Origin: a virus | Reading direction: 5' to 3' (one strand) | UHGV virus genome: UHGV-0286546 | DNA: 64,000 bases | Shown here: piece after piece, positions 1 to 10,404 of the stretch | How the letters are laid out: every line of letters begins with the position of its first letter | Position numbering within the stretch: the stretch's first letter is position 1 | The notes under the pieces: model-generated | Told to the model about the DNA's origin: nothing | Database searches by the model: none | What the model saw: the letters and a program-made list of their open reading frames with translations, nothing else | Translations under genes and position numbers: made by a program

Positions 1-200
1 CCAGGATAAGAAAAGGATGTACAGCGTAAACGTAAAGTCAACGCATCTGCCACTTTTTCATTACCAGATATTTTACCCGCTACTTTCTGTGTTAATTTAG
101 CTAACAATAAACCTGGGGTATCTGATATTATAAATTCAACTTGAGATTGCTTTAAAGGATCTTGTAATCCACGTATCTCGCTTAACTGTCGTAATGCCAT
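1..200 (-). CDS. Hypothetical protein, N-terminal part only; the gene starts at about 200 and runs off the window start
   Basis: The reverse complement of 1..200 reads as an open frame starting MALRQLSEIRGLQDPLK with no stop before position 1. It is absent from the ORF track because it is truncated. Confidence 0.3.
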   Translation of the reverse strand, partial: MALRQLSEIRGLQDPLKQSQVEFIISDTPGLLLAKLTQKVAGKISGNEKVADALTLRLRCTSFSYP

Positions 201-288
201 ATTATATATAAATAAAAAGGGAAAGATTACTAAATATATACTTACTATTTAGAACTAATTCCCTCTATAACAAGCAAAATAAATAAAA

Positions 289-654
289 TTAAATTATATA
301 AGGCAAATACCAATCATACTTAGAATAAAGTTTTGCTAATTGCTTTATATTTGTACATTTTCGATAGTCATTAAAAATTTTTTTGTTTATTATATCTACA
401 TCAGCATAAGCGTATTGACCTGTTATACGAATTAATGCATAACGCTTTTCTTTTATAAACAATTTAAATTCTGGATCTTTTTCATACTCGATGTCTATAA
501 ATTGCTCATCACTAGAAAAAATGGTGTACTTAGGAAAACCATACATTTTCGATATATCACTCACTTCTTCTAATTCTTCACCGTCTTCAAAAAATACTTT
601 AACATAAAAACACTTGTGATATTGATATATTGCAGATTTATTAACTTTGGCCAC
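289..654 (-). CDS. Hypothetical protein (121 aa)
   Basis: Six-frame ORF with protein-like composition. It is co-oriented with the leftward structural/late operon. Confidence 0.5.
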   Translation of the reverse strand: MAKVNKSAIYQYHKCFYVKVFFEDGEELEEVSDISKMYGFPKYTIFSSDEQFIDIEYEKDPEFKLFIKEKRYALIRITGQYAYADVDIINKKIFNDYRKCTNIKQLAKLYSKYDWYLPYII

Positions 655-738
655 GCTCTGCTCCTTTTCTCTACGTAATAAAAAATCCTACACTTTATTA
701 TGCAGGATTTTAATTTATTGTAAAGACATTATTTTCAA

Positions 739-1545
739 TTATGACCACTGAGCTTGATGTAATATACTGTGATTCTGTATACTTTCAACCTGTTCAGTTA
801 ATTTTTCAAGTCTACGCTGTAAAGCCTCAGTATGAATTTTGAAATCACCATCAAATTCTACACCATCACGAGCTTGAATAATGGACTCGATAAATCTCTT
901 AGAAATAAACTTACATAAAAAGTCTACTTTACTCATTTCGACATATTCTGGTGATGTAAATCCGATTGCGCCTTCTAACTCAATCTGACCAAAACCAAAT
1001 GGCGCCAATATTTCTAATCTATTCTGCGATCTATTTACCCAACATCTAGGCTGACCTGTAGAAAGATCGTCCATCGTATTACTTAAAATCGTATCCATAA
1101 TGTTGTAATTACTAAATCCTGCAGAACCAGTAATCTGAAAACCAAACATCTGTTTCTCGAATAATGATGGATTAGAGTAATTCGACCAGTATGGACGCTC
1201 TGCTCTAATGATACCAAGGAAGTAGGCGTTTTTTAGTTGATCTTCTGGTATTTTTGGAGAGCCACCTGTGAGGAAGGTATCGAAGGGAATATACATACCT
1301 CCGTTATCGAGCATTGGAGGAGTAAGACCTGCCCAGTCGAAGCTTGTTTTACCACCGCCGGAAGAGTTATAGGTAGTGCAATAGACGACTCTGAGAGGGA
1401 AGGACCTAAAGTAATCGAGGGTACCGAGTGCAATGGCATCTTCTTTGAGTAAGCCTTCTTTATCGGAAATAGACAGGTTAGGATTAGCAAGGTCTAAATT
1501 GATTGCTCTGTCTATGATTTCTCGGATTGGAGTGAAGTTTGCCAT
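739..1545 (-). CDS. Hypothetical phage late/structural protein (268 aa)
   Basis: Long ORF in the late operon with Gly/Ser/Thr/Asn-rich beta-type composition. I recognise no catalytic motif. Confidence 0.5.
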   Translation of the reverse strand: MANFTPIREIIDRAINLDLANPNLSISDKEGLLKEDAIALGTLDYFRSFPLRVVYCTTYNSSGGGKTSFDWAGLTPPMLDNGGMYIPFDTFLTGGSPKIPEDQLKNAYFLGIIRAERPYWSNYSNPSLFEKQMFGFQITGSAGFSNYNIMDTILSNTMDDLSTGQPRCWVNRSQNRLEILAPFGFGQIELEGAIGFTSPEYVEMSKVDFLCKFISKRFIESIIQARDGVEFDGDFKIHTEALQRRLEKLTEQVESIQNHSILHQAQWS

Positions 1546-1564
1546 ATCATGTTTTCCTTAATTA

Positions 1565-1990
1565 TTAGAGAACACTGTTATAATAGTCACTACGTAATTC
1601 AGCTTCCCAGTCAGCAGAAGATAAATCGAGAGGGTTTGACGAAGCATTTGATAAAGAAGTGATAAGATTTGTTTTATCAGCTTCTGTCATATAAGGTAAG
1701 ATGTCAAATTTAGCTTCATTATAATTTTCGAGTTGTACTAAATCTAAACTATCAATTTCTTCATCACCGTAATCATCAATTGTAGTTACTTCAACATAAA
1801 CATCGGATTCGAATCTTTGGATACCATCTTTAACATAAAAGTCATCTTCACTATATCCGTTGTCAAGTAAAAAGGTGCGTAATTGAACATGTTCTTCATC
1901 CATAGGAATATTTACAGTCCAAGTGCCACTTTTATGATCGTAGGTGTATTCTTTTAATGCTTTTTCAACCAGTGCTCTAAACTTACTCAT
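1565..1990 (-). CDS. Hypothetical acidic protein (141 aa)
   Basis: ORF directly upstream of the 739..1545 gene on the same strand. It is very Asp/Glu-rich. Confidence 0.5.
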   Translation of the reverse strand: MSKFRALVEKALKEYTYDHKSGTWTVNIPMDEEHVQLRTFLLDNGYSEDDFYVKDGIQRFESDVYVEVTTIDDYGDEEIDSLDLVQLENYNEAKFDILPYMTEADKTNLITSLSNASSNPLDLSSADWEAELRSDYYNSVL

Positions 1991-2008
1991 TATATATGTA
2001 CCTTGTTT

Positions 2009-3592
2009 TTAATTGTTAAACCAGTCGCGTGTAATTTGTTTATATGGATTTGAGAAGCGTAATCCTGTTGTACCAGGTTTTGTTCTTGGATTATCTTCAA
2101 ATGGAATAAAGATTTGATAAGAGATACCGTTAAATCCATTGCTTGTTCTAATGGCCTTTACTTGATATCTGGGGTCTACTGCCTTCAATGCCTTATCGAC
2201 TAATAGATTTCTCTTTTCGAATGACTGTGGGGCCAAAAAAAGTGCCTTTAAATCGATTCCTTCAAAGTCAGCAGAGTTAGTTCCTTCAATATAGCTCAAA
2301 GCGGCCAGAATTTCATCTTTTGTCAATGGATGGAATTTACCTGCACCACCAAGATTTGAACCCATATTTTGTTTACGAATTGAAGAGGCTTTATCCCATA
2401 AATCTAACTTAGGACTTTCGTTTTCTGGACGCATTAAAATATCAATTAAATGTTGTGTAGGAATTTGAATTACACGTCCACCTTCATCATAATCTCTTAT
2501 AAAGAAGTACTCAGGATTATCTAAGTTACCGTCTTGAACACCAACGATTAAGAATTTACGTGTTGGTTCTTTATCTTCTTCTGGTAAATCACTGTTATCT
2601 TGAACGATGAAAGGAAGACTCATAAACTCAGGATTCAAACCTAATTTAATAAGAGTTTCTCTAACATCTCTTGCATCCTTATTTATATCTAACTTTTCAG
2701 CTTCATCTAATTCCTCAATAGCTTCTTTTGCAGTTAAAGGTACTCTTTTCATTGCTTGAGGAATAGTATAACCTTTTTTAGTTAATTTATATACATCTTG
2801 AATCTTAAATTTATCATAAGAATCAAAATCATATAAATCTTTGTTTTCTTCATACCACTGAGCAAAGGCGGTTCTCATATTAGTTTTAGCAACGCCGTAT
2901 TTGAATGCCCAGTCTGCAGGGTCTTCCGATTCACCTTTTAATAAATGATCGTAAATGTTTCTGTTTAAAGGTGATTTAATAATTTCAAGAAAACGTTTGG
3001 CAGGCATTTCCATAATTTCGCCGTCTTTAATAAACTGTCTACCATCTTCTGTTTCATCTACTAATTTTGTAACTACTTTTACTTTACCACTATCTAAATT
3101 CTTTTTATCGATACCTTGCAGTTGGAAAACAATTTTATCACCGGCTTTTGTTTCATAACGCCAAAGTCTCTTGCTGTATAAAATGTTTGGATGAATACCA
3201 TATTTAATCAGTTGAGTTAATTCTTCATCACTGATTGCATTTTTATATCCATAATAAATAGAAGGGTCTGCAATATCTTGATGTCTTGGTAATTTGACAT
3301 TAGCTTCTATAATTTTATTACATTTTTCTCTAAAGCTCGTGTTTTTCTTAGATTCAATCATTTTTTCTAATCTATCCTTTGCAGAAGCTAAATATTCATG
3401 TGGTTTTTCATTATAACCATCTTTAGGCTTCATATAATTGTTTAAAGTACGTAAAGCCAATTCTTCGTCACCTTTACAATCTTTAACTAATCCATCAACA
3501 AAGCCTTCAACAGGAAGCTTAAATAAATCTCTAGAAATACCAAGAAATGCGTCTTTTCTTGTTTCTAATTCAGATTCTTTAGTTGTTTGCAT
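2009..3592 (-). CDS. Hypothetical phage late protein (527 aa)
   Basis: Long ORF overlapping the next gene by 1 nt, which suggests translational coupling. It has no Walker motifs, so it is not called a terminase. Confidence 0.55.
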   Translation of the reverse strand: MQTTKESELETRKDAFLGISRDLFKLPVEGFVDGLVKDCKGDEELALRTLNNYMKPKDGYNEKPHEYLASAKDRLEKMIESKKNTSFREKCNKIIEANVKLPRHQDIADPSIYYGYKNAISDEELTQLIKYGIHPNILYSKRLWRYETKAGDKIVFQLQGIDKKNLDSGKVKVVTKLVDETEDGRQFIKDGEIMEMPAKRFLEIIKSPLNRNIYDHLLKGESEDPADWAFKYGVAKTNMRTAFAQWYEENKDLYDFDSYDKFKIQDVYKLTKKGYTIPQAMKRVPLTAKEAIEELDEAEKLDINKDARDVRETLIKLGLNPEFMSLPFIVQDNSDLPEEDKEPTRKFLIVGVQDGNLDNPEYFFIRDYDEGGRVIQIPTQHLIDILMRPENESPKLDLWDKASSIRKQNMGSNLGGAGKFHPLTKDEILAALSYIEGTNSADFEGIDLKALFLAPQSFEKRNLLVDKALKAVDPRYQVKAIRTSNGFNGISYQIFIPFEDNPRTKPGTTGLRFSNPYKQITRDWFNN

Positions 3593-6126
3593 TAGTCAAT
3601 ATCCTCCAGAGATTCTAATGATAATTCTTTACTTGCACTGTTATAATAAGCATCTTTTAATCTTGTAAGAAAACCCATATTACGTAATTTTTTAAATAAG
3701 GCATTACCTGCACCAAATTCGCCTTCTTTGGCAAGACTATCTTTACGTAATTGACCTAAAAATTTCCATAATTCACCAATTACAGAAGAGTCTTTACTTT
3801 GAATAGCATTTTCAATTTTACTTGTTATACTATTGAAAACAGGCATGTCAGGATCAGCTATTTCAATTTCTGCATTATTCGGTTGTTTTACCCATTGATC
3901 TTTTAATACAGAATAAATACCAGATGTAACAAGTGGTTTATCTTTATTTTCTGCGCCTACTTCTACAGGAATACCTTTAATAGTAATCTTATAGTTGCTA
4001 TTAAATACTTTTTTCGCTGCCTGCAAATATTTTTCTACAATTTCAGCATGTATACCAACGTTTTCAAAATCATAAACTAAATGTAAATCAATATCGCTTT
4101 GATCATTGTAGTTATAATTAGCGCAACTACCTGTAAAATAAATATCAACAGGAGCAATAGGTAAATCTAAACTTTCTTCAAATTTATTAGCGACTTCGAG
4201 TAATGCAGCTTTAACGTCTTTTTTTAATTTATCGTTTTCGAATAAATTTGGGTTTAATTCAGAATGTGTATAAGCTTCTTCCATACTATCTTCTGTTATT
4301 TTACCACCAACAGACATAATTCCACCTCGAACCATAGTATCTTGATTTTGTGGAGTAGTAATGGCAGCACTTACAACATCGTTTACAGCCGCTTCAGTTT
4401 TTGTAGGTTTTTCATTTAGCTTTTCTTTTGCTGCGGCATCTAACTTTCTGTAATATTCACTAGGACGTGCATTATAATAAGCTCTTACATCAACAATACT
4501 TTCTAATTCAGGTTTCTCTTTCATTGTATTTTTGAAAATGTCAATATTCATTTTATTAACATCTTCTTCTGAAAAACCTTTATCCATATTTACAAGAAGT
4601 TGATTCATTGTACTTACAGCATCAGATTGTTTTATTGGATCGCTATGCCTACTGTTTACCTGTAAGTTATGTGTATCTAAATTATTTTTGCTTATATTTG
4701 CGTAGTTAGTACTTCTAGTAGGATTCAATCTGACTTGTTTTTGAGGATTAATTACTTTTACAGGCTCTTGTTTATTCATTTTTTGATAAAGTCTTTGTAA
4801 TTTAGCTTGATCTACATGTTTTTTATCCAATCTAGCTAAGAAAGAATCTTCAGAAGAACCACCGTGAATTGGATTACCTGGTACAGGAGTTCTGTTGTTT
4901 GAAATATCATTAAGTAATTTATCTTCGTAATTTTTCTGACCAAGAGGAGTATCTACATTATTTGTTTTAATGAGTTTACGTTCTTTTGCAGTCGCTTTAA
5001 TTTGATTTAACTCTTGGTTTAATTCTCTTTGCATGGATCTCTGTTCATCTGGAGTCCATCTATTAACATGTGCGTATGCTTCTAAGTCCCAAAGTTGCTG
5101 CTTGATTTCTTTCATTCTAACTTGTTCTTCGGGAGTATATTTTATTGTATTATCATCAACAACAACTTTTAATTGTTTTCTGAGTGTAGCAATTTTTTGG
5201 TTAAGTGCCGCAATCTGTGTATGAATACCGCGAATTTCTTCTGGACTTGCGCCTTGTTCTTTCTTTTCTTTGGCGAGGGCTAATAATTCTTTTACTTTAT
5301 CACCTGACGCACGAACTTGTGTTGCTAAACTATGTTGTAAATCACCACTATTAACAGTATCAACAAAATCAACATTTTTTACAACGTTTCTATAAATTGT
5401 ACCTAATTGTTCAGTTGTCATAATATCAGGATTATGCCTGTCATCATCCAAGAACAAAGCGAGAGCTGGATATTTATCACCAAAACCATTTGTTTTATAA
5501 TGATACCACAATTCACGAATAAATTTAGGATCGTTGAATTTTTTTAAACCTGTTGCACTATCTCTTGTTAAAATACTAGTAACAAATGGCTTATTTTTTC
5601 TTTTTTCTGGAATATTACCATTATAACCAACTGGGTAAACCTTTACTGTATGTTCTGTCGTATAATCTTCTTTACGAGCATTGTGTCTTCTTTCTAATTC
5701 TTCGTAATTAAAAGCTTCAATAAGTTTTTCGTTAGTCATAACAGATTCAAACCACCCATTAGTAGGCTTTCCTTTACTTTGCGGATCACCTTTTCTTGTT
5801 TCACGGTTGATACTAGGAATATCATTTAATAATTTTACATAATAGTCAGATAATACATTATTACCACGCCATTTTGAAAAAGCAGTACTGAACATTAAAT
5901 ATGTAGTAATATCATCTGGAGCATTGTCTTCAATCCACTCAAAGATAGAAGATTCAAAACATTTACGAAGAATCAAACCGCGCTTTTTAGCTTTTTCATA
6001 GAAATCTTTTTTATCTCGAAACATACCTTTAATAATTTTAAAAGCATTATTTTCTTTATCGAGAACTATACCTGTATAAGATTCAAAATTGGATTTATCT
6101 GAATATTCTAAAAGATTATTATTCAT
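3592..6126 (-). CDS. Large late protein (844 aa) with a C-terminal minimal nucleotidyltransferase-fold motif and a central coiled coil
   Basis: The segment TGSCANYNYNDQSDIDLHLVYDF fits the Pol-beta-type NTase signature G[SG]-x9-13-DhDh. The segment IAALNQKIATLRKQLK is coiled-coil-like. Confidence 0.55.
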   Translation of the reverse strand: MNNNLLEYSDKSNFESYTGIVLDKENNAFKIIKGMFRDKKDFYEKAKKRGLILRKCFESSIFEWIEDNAPDDITTYLMFSTAFSKWRGNNVLSDYYVKLLNDIPSINRETRKGDPQSKGKPTNGWFESVMTNEKLIEAFNYEELERRHNARKEDYTTEHTVKVYPVGYNGNIPEKRKNKPFVTSILTRDSATGLKKFNDPKFIRELWYHYKTNGFGDKYPALALFLDDDRHNPDIMTTEQLGTIYRNVVKNVDFVDTVNSGDLQHSLATQVRASGDKVKELLALAKEKKEQGASPEEIRGIHTQIAALNQKIATLRKQLKVVVDDNTIKYTPEEQVRMKEIKQQLWDLEAYAHVNRWTPDEQRSMQRELNQELNQIKATAKERKLIKTNNVDTPLGQKNYEDKLLNDISNNRTPVPGNPIHGGSSEDSFLARLDKKHVDQAKLQRLYQKMNKQEPVKVINPQKQVRLNPTRSTNYANISKNNLDTHNLQVNSRHSDPIKQSDAVSTMNQLLVNMDKGFSEEDVNKMNIDIFKNTMKEKPELESIVDVRAYYNARPSEYYRKLDAAAKEKLNEKPTKTEAAVNDVVSAAITTPQNQDTMVRGGIMSVGGKITEDSMEEAYTHSELNPNLFENDKLKKDVKAALLEVANKFEESLDLPIAPVDIYFTGSCANYNYNDQSDIDLHLVYDFENVGIHAEIVEKYLQAAKKVFNSNYKITIKGIPVEVGAENKDKPLVTSGIYSVLKDQWVKQPNNAEIEIADPDMPVFNSITSKIENAIQSKDSSVIGELWKFLGQLRKDSLAKEGEFGAGNALFKKLRNMGFLTRLKDAYYNSASKELSLESLEDID

Positions 6127-6202
6127 TGTAATATCGTTTCCTAGTATGCTTTTATAACTAGAACTTTATATTAATTTTTAGACTGATTTTTTAATATTTA
6201 TA

Positions 6203-6562
6203 TTATTCTTGAGTTAGTTTTTCAAGAGTAAGTACCGGAATTTTTAAGACAGAAAGAATAAAAGCCTTAACATCATCAGTTAAATTATTGTCAAAAATAC
6301 TTTCTACAGTCGATAAATAATTATAATCTTCTTCTGAAATATAGCCTTTTATTTTAGACAATGTAATTCTATCTAGTTTTAATCCACGAATAGTATTTGT
6401 CATTAAAAACTCTAACTTGGTTCTCGGTTTTTTCATAATATAACCGAAGGCTCTATTCCATGCTTTGCCTTCTTCTGCAGACTTTGTCTTTACTTTTACT
6501 TTTACGTTAATAGATACCTTTGGAATTTTTCTATCATCACCGAAAATATTTAAATGTCTCAT
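6203..6562 (-). CDS. Hypothetical protein (119 aa)
   Basis: ORF in the operon. Its start overlaps the stop of the upstream gene. Confidence 0.5.
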   Translation of the reverse strand: MRHLNIFGDDRKIPKVSINVKVKVKTKSAEEGKAWNRAFGYIMKKPRTKLEFLMTNTIRGLKLDRITLSKIKGYISEEDYNYLSTVESIFDNNLTDDVKAFILSVLKIPVLTLEKLTQE

Positions 6563-6918
6563 ATAAAATAGTCTCCTTTATCAATACCATATAATTTATT
6601 TTCAAAATCTATTTCTGTGTCTAACCAACCTTGAGCAGCTGCGGCACTAAAATATTTTGAAAAGTTATCTTCAAATTTTGGCTCTTTATCTACAATTTGT
6701 TTAACGATGTCTTTATCAAAATCAATTAAAAGCTTTTTTTCACTATTTAAAGCATTCAATATTTTTTTAATATAGTCTTCGTTAAAGCTTTGAAATAATA
6801 AATTGTGAAACTTAAAATAATCCATATACGTTTGTTTTTCTTCAAGTTTATTAGTCAAACGTATCTTTTCATATTTCTTTTCAACAATATATATGCCACG
6901 AATTACTTTATCAGTCAT
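6559..6918 (-). CDS. Hypothetical protein (119 aa)
   Basis: ORF with 4-nt and 8-nt overlaps to its neighbours, which suggests coupled translation. Confidence 0.5.
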   Translation of the reverse strand: MTDKVIRGIYIVEKKYEKIRLTNKLEEKQTYMDYFKFHNLLFQSFNEDYIKKILNALNSEKKLLIDFDKDIVKQIVDKEPKFEDNFSKYFSAAAAQGWLDTEIDFENKLYGIDKGDYFI

Positions 6919-8701
6919 TTTCTTTCAGATACTTCTTTTCACTTTTTAATACTGCTTCTTTTAATGACCTGTCTAAAGAAGTTGTCATTGTATTAAACAT
7001 TATCTGTAATCCTTTAGCATCAGCATAATTTTCTTTCAAGTATTGTTTAGAGGTAACAGAATATGCAACAGTCTCTTCTAATTCTGGTGCAGGTAGTGCA
7101 GTTTTAGATTTTAGTTTTTGACCTGTTAAGAATTTACCTAACTCTTCTGGTGAATCTAAGGTATTAATAGAAACTTTGCTAATAATGAGAGAAGCAATAT
7201 CTACTGGCATACCCATCTTAATTAAAAACTGGAATTTATTTATGTCAGTCATTTCATTGTTCAAATCACTCAAAGACTTAAGTAATTCACAAATATCATT
7301 ATACTTTGCAATAACATCAGCAGGAATTTGAATTGGTTCATTTAAGCTTACTTCTACATCCAATTTTGAAACATCATAACCCGCGTGTGTCAATACCTTT
7401 TCAACAAGATTCATAATACCATTGACTAAACCTTTTTTCAACGGAATCAAAGCACGACGTAATTTAAGATCTTGTGCATCTAAGGTCTGAGCTGTAGTAA
7501 TTACGTCTTCACCTACCAAATAACCTTTCGGTAAGTTAGAATTACGTAAGATTTTATCTAAGAAATACTGAACGTCTTCGACAGAGCTCAAATCAATGTT
7601 AGATTCAATGTGATCAACTTCAACTTTTTTACCATCGTGAGACATAGGTAAAGTAAGAATAGACATTGCACCCGGAACTTTACGCCCTGCTTTGTTACTA
7701 TTCATGTCTGTAAAGATAGAGTTTAAATATTGACCTCTAAATTCTTGTAAATAACTATAAGAATCTACAAGATTAATTCCATTTGGCATAGGAACATAAA
7801 ATACTAAACGCTGAATCTTACTTGCTCGAGAAATACCTAATAAAGCTTCAAGAGTTGTCAACTGATCAAAAGCAGAACGCATAGACCATAACATAGACTT
7901 TCCATAAGGTTCAGTAATTTCATCTGGCAATAACATGTGTACAAACTGCCAATTCTGCCAAATCTTATACTGTTCACGCGAACTCTTTCTAGTATTTACG
8001 TATGCACGTTTTTCAGTTGTTTTATAATTAATAGGATTTAAATATTCATCACAATTGACTTCAAAGTTTTTAGGATTAATAAAACTAATAACTAAGTCTT
8101 CTAATATATCTAAACGTGAAATATCAACTTCTTCATCATCCGTCATCCAATTTTCTAAATAAGGATAAGATAAGGTAAATCCATAATTACCATATTTAGC
8201 TAAGGATTTGGTAATATTCGGTAATTTCTGGTAAATTTTATTCTTATAAAAGACTTTTTCGATTAAAGTTTGTGCTTTTTGATTAGAAATACGAATATTT
8301 AACGGATTTTCTACGAATCCTTGTCCTAATACTTCTGCAACATATGTATCAAGAATAAGATCGATTTCTGATAAATTCTCTGCCATCAAATCAAATGTCT
8401 GATAAGCAGAAAGCATTGTATTATAATTACCATCATAGTAAGTATAGGTTGACATAAAATCGTCATAAATACTAAAATCTTCATTATTCAGATTATTATA
8501 TTTATAAGACAACGGAATACTAACATACTCGCCGTTTGCTGTACTACCTACACAGAAGTTATGTTTTTTAGCTAATCCTTTTAATACATCAAAGCTAATA
8601 CCGGGATTGGTTACAAACAAAATATCATTTTCTTTATCATGATAACTGTTCTCAACAATCCGTTTGGCTAAACTTTTAAACATTCTAGAGTCTCTATCCA
8701 T
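6911..8701 (-). CDS. Large virion-type protein (596 aa); portal or tail sheath are possible but unresolved
   Basis: Size and position in the late operon next to small tandem paralogs. I could not assign a diagnostic motif by eye. Confidence 0.45.
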   Translation of the reverse strand: MDRDSRMFKSLAKRIVENSYHDKENDILFVTNPGISFDVLKGLAKKHNFCVGSTANGEYVSIPLSYKYNNLNNEDFSIYDDFMSTYTYYDGNYNTMLSAYQTFDLMAENLSEIDLILDTYVAEVLGQGFVENPLNIRISNQKAQTLIEKVFYKNKIYQKLPNITKSLAKYGNYGFTLSYPYLENWMTDDEEVDISRLDILEDLVISFINPKNFEVNCDEYLNPINYKTTEKRAYVNTRKSSREQYKIWQNWQFVHMLLPDEITEPYGKSMLWSMRSAFDQLTTLEALLGISRASKIQRLVFYVPMPNGINLVDSYSYLQEFRGQYLNSIFTDMNSNKAGRKVPGAMSILTLPMSHDGKKVEVDHIESNIDLSSVEDVQYFLDKILRNSNLPKGYLVGEDVITTAQTLDAQDLKLRRALIPLKKGLVNGIMNLVEKVLTHAGYDVSKLDVEVSLNEPIQIPADVIAKYNDICELLKSLSDLNNEMTDINKFQFLIKMGMPVDIASLIISKVSINTLDSPEELGKFLTGQKLKSKTALPAPELEETVAYSVTSKQYLKENYADAKGLQIMFNTMTTSLDRSLKEAVLKSEKKYLKEND

Positions 8702-8708
8702 TGTCTTT

Positions 8709-9179
8709 TTATTCCCAATCTAAATGAATATGTACATCAAATACATTACCGGTTACTTTATCTACACAAGTAATCTTACCGGATTTATAAGCTAATACAA
8801 CAAAACCTATTGAATAATTTTCAGAAAGTATTTGTTCGATTTGTTTAATGATTTGTATACCTTCTGTTGCAGTACACTCAAAATTTGCCCATTTACTATA
8901 AATAAGTCTACCACTAATAAAATTTAATACCGGATAGCCTTCTTGCCATTCATCAATAAGAGTGGTTTCAATAAGTATGCCAGAAGCCGTCTCTTTTATA
9001 GCATCTATTTGTAAAGTATCTCCTCTTCCAAAAGGTTTATTACAAACGAGACGTGTTAGTTTACTTCTAGTCCAAAATTCATAACTATGTTTATTATCTA
9101 ATGCTGATTTATCACTGGCATAGTATGAAATACAACGAGTACCAATAATATTTTCTAAAGGTTCAAGATTAGTCGACAT
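8709..9179 (-). CDS. Hypothetical protein (156 aa)
   Basis: ORF in the late operon. Confidence 0.5.
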   Translation of the reverse strand: MSTNLEPLENIIGTRCISYYASDKSALDNKHSYEFWTRSKLTRLVCNKPFGRGDTLQIDAIKETASGILIETTLIDEWQEGYPVLNFISGRLIYSKWANFECTATEGIQIIKQIEQILSENYSIGFVVLAYKSGKITCVDKVTGNVFDVHIHLDWE

Positions 9180-9186
9180 ATTTTAT

Positions 9187-9363
9187 TTACCCATTCAATG
9201 ATCTACGGATTTTAACATCACCCTCTTTAGTAACAGTTGCTACACCTAATTTAGAGGCATTGACTTTTTCTAAGAGTTCTTCTTTTGTCATTTCTTCTAA
9301 TTCTTCATCTAATTTTTCTTCAATGAATTCTTTAGTCGATTCAGTAATTATAGTTTTCGTCAT
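9187..9363 (-). CDS. Small acidic hypothetical protein (58 aa; below the ORF-track cutoff)
   Basis: ATG preceded by AAAGGAGT at 8 nt spacing. It fills the gap between two track ORFs, and the product MTKTIITESTKEFIEEKLDEELEEMTKEELLEKV is protein-like. Confidence 0.35.
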   Translation of the reverse strand: MTKTIITESTKEFIEEKLDEELEEMTKEELLEKVNASKLGVATVTKEGDVKIRRSLNG

Positions 9364-9376
9364 TATTATTACTCCT

Positions 9377-9907
9377 TTATCTATTATTTAATCTCAATTG
9401 AATTGCATTAGCATTTAATACCATTTTCTCATTCATCAAAACTGTTTCAGCAGGAGCTAATGGTAATACTGCAATTAATTCGTAATTATACTTTGGTTCT
9501 TGGTCTTCATTAGATACGTCAGATTGAACTCTTGATTCAGATTCACTACCGGATTCCTCATCATAGAATCTATAATATAACCCAATGTATTTAATTTGGT
9601 CTGTACCGGTTGTCCAATCTTCAGTGGCTTTACTCCAAGAGATAGCATTTTTGTTTCTGATAATTCCGTTAATTGGTTCACTAAACTCTACAGGCTCTTC
9701 TAAAATTGTAAATCCTGTTGCTACAGGTTCTTTAGAAAATACAAAATTCTCGCGATCAAATTCAATACCTAAACCGACATAAATTTCTGAAGACTTATAA
9801 TTATCGTTAGGCATACCAAAACTATTATCTAAAATAGTATCAATAAGCTTAGGAGATAATTCAAAACGTACTACATTTGACATTATTTTTATTTCCTTAA
9901 ATATCAC
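9377..9907 (-). CDS. Small structural-type protein (176 aa), tandem paralog of 9897..10352; possibly tail-tube-like
   Basis: Shares the EIYVGLGL and ATEDWT..G...K motifs with its neighbour. The tube assignment is speculative. Confidence 0.4.
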   Translation of the reverse strand: MIFKEIKIMSNVVRFELSPKLIDTILDNSFGMPNDNYKSSEIYVGLGIEFDRENFVFSKEPVATGFTILEEPVEFSEPINGIIRNKNAISWSKATEDWTTGTDQIKYIGLYYRFYDEESGSESESRVQSDVSNEDQEPKYNYELIAVLPLAPAETVLMNEKMVLNANAIQLRLNNR

Positions 9908-10352
9908 TTAAACTCAATTCAATAGCGCCAGGAGATAAAATAATAGTCTCTCCTTTCAAAGCTGTTTCAAATCTAGGTAATTTTAATACAACCAAAGGCT
10001 TAACTAATTCACCTTCCTCAGTTTCATAATCTAATGTATCAAAAATTCCTAACATTTCGATTTTATGAGAAGCATCTGTCCAATCTTCAGTTGCAGTAGT
10101 AAATACGACTTCATTCTCATTTGAAATTACATTACCATCTGCTCTTCCAAAAATAACACGTGCTCTTTTATAATTACCTAAAGGTCTACCATTAAAAACT
10201 TCACTAAAATCTTCGCTGTTTACTAATACAGGAGTTTGTGTTAAACCTAATCCAACATATATTTCTTTAGCTTCAGTATTTGACATTTCAAAACCAAAGT
10301 ACTGTTTTAAAAGGCTATTCATAAAATCAATTTGCAATCCATATTTTGCCAT
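9897..10352 (-). CDS. Small structural-type protein (151 aa), tandem paralog of 9377..9907
   Basis: Shares the EIYVGLGL and ATEDWTD motifs with its neighbour. The two genes overlap by 11 nt. Confidence 0.4.
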   Translation of the reverse strand: MAKYGLQIDFMNSLLKQYFGFEMSNTEAKEIYVGLGLTQTPVLVNSEDFSEVFNGRPLGNYKRARVIFGRADGNVISNENEVVFTTATEDWTDASHKIEMLGIFDTLDYETEEGELVKPLVVLKLPRFETALKGETIILSPGAIELSLSDI

Positions 10353-10404
10353 TATCTAATTCCTAATCTTTATTTTAAATTCATATAGTAATTTTAACCA
10401 CTTA

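Noticed and set aside
1233-1490. Short ORFs nested in or antisense to long genes (for example 1233..1490, 1237..1452, 2955..3158, 3438..3668, 5033..5224, 6805..6996, 9475..9681, 9585..9782, 10831..11028, 11855..12037, 12652..12879, 13522..13713, 14947..15129, 15600..15827, 17595..17813, 19992..20180, 24624..24809, 27424..27648, 27943..28185, 28233..28493, 35169..35354, 36553..36891, 45521..45793, 46295..46615, 48476..48700, 49364..49561, 51738..51956, 51853..52038, 53878..54162, 54238..54420, 57046..57234, 57587..57880, 58906..59151)
   Set aside because: Each lies inside a longer, motif-supported gene on the same or the opposite strand, and they have hydrophobic or low-complexity composition typical of AT-rich antisense frames.
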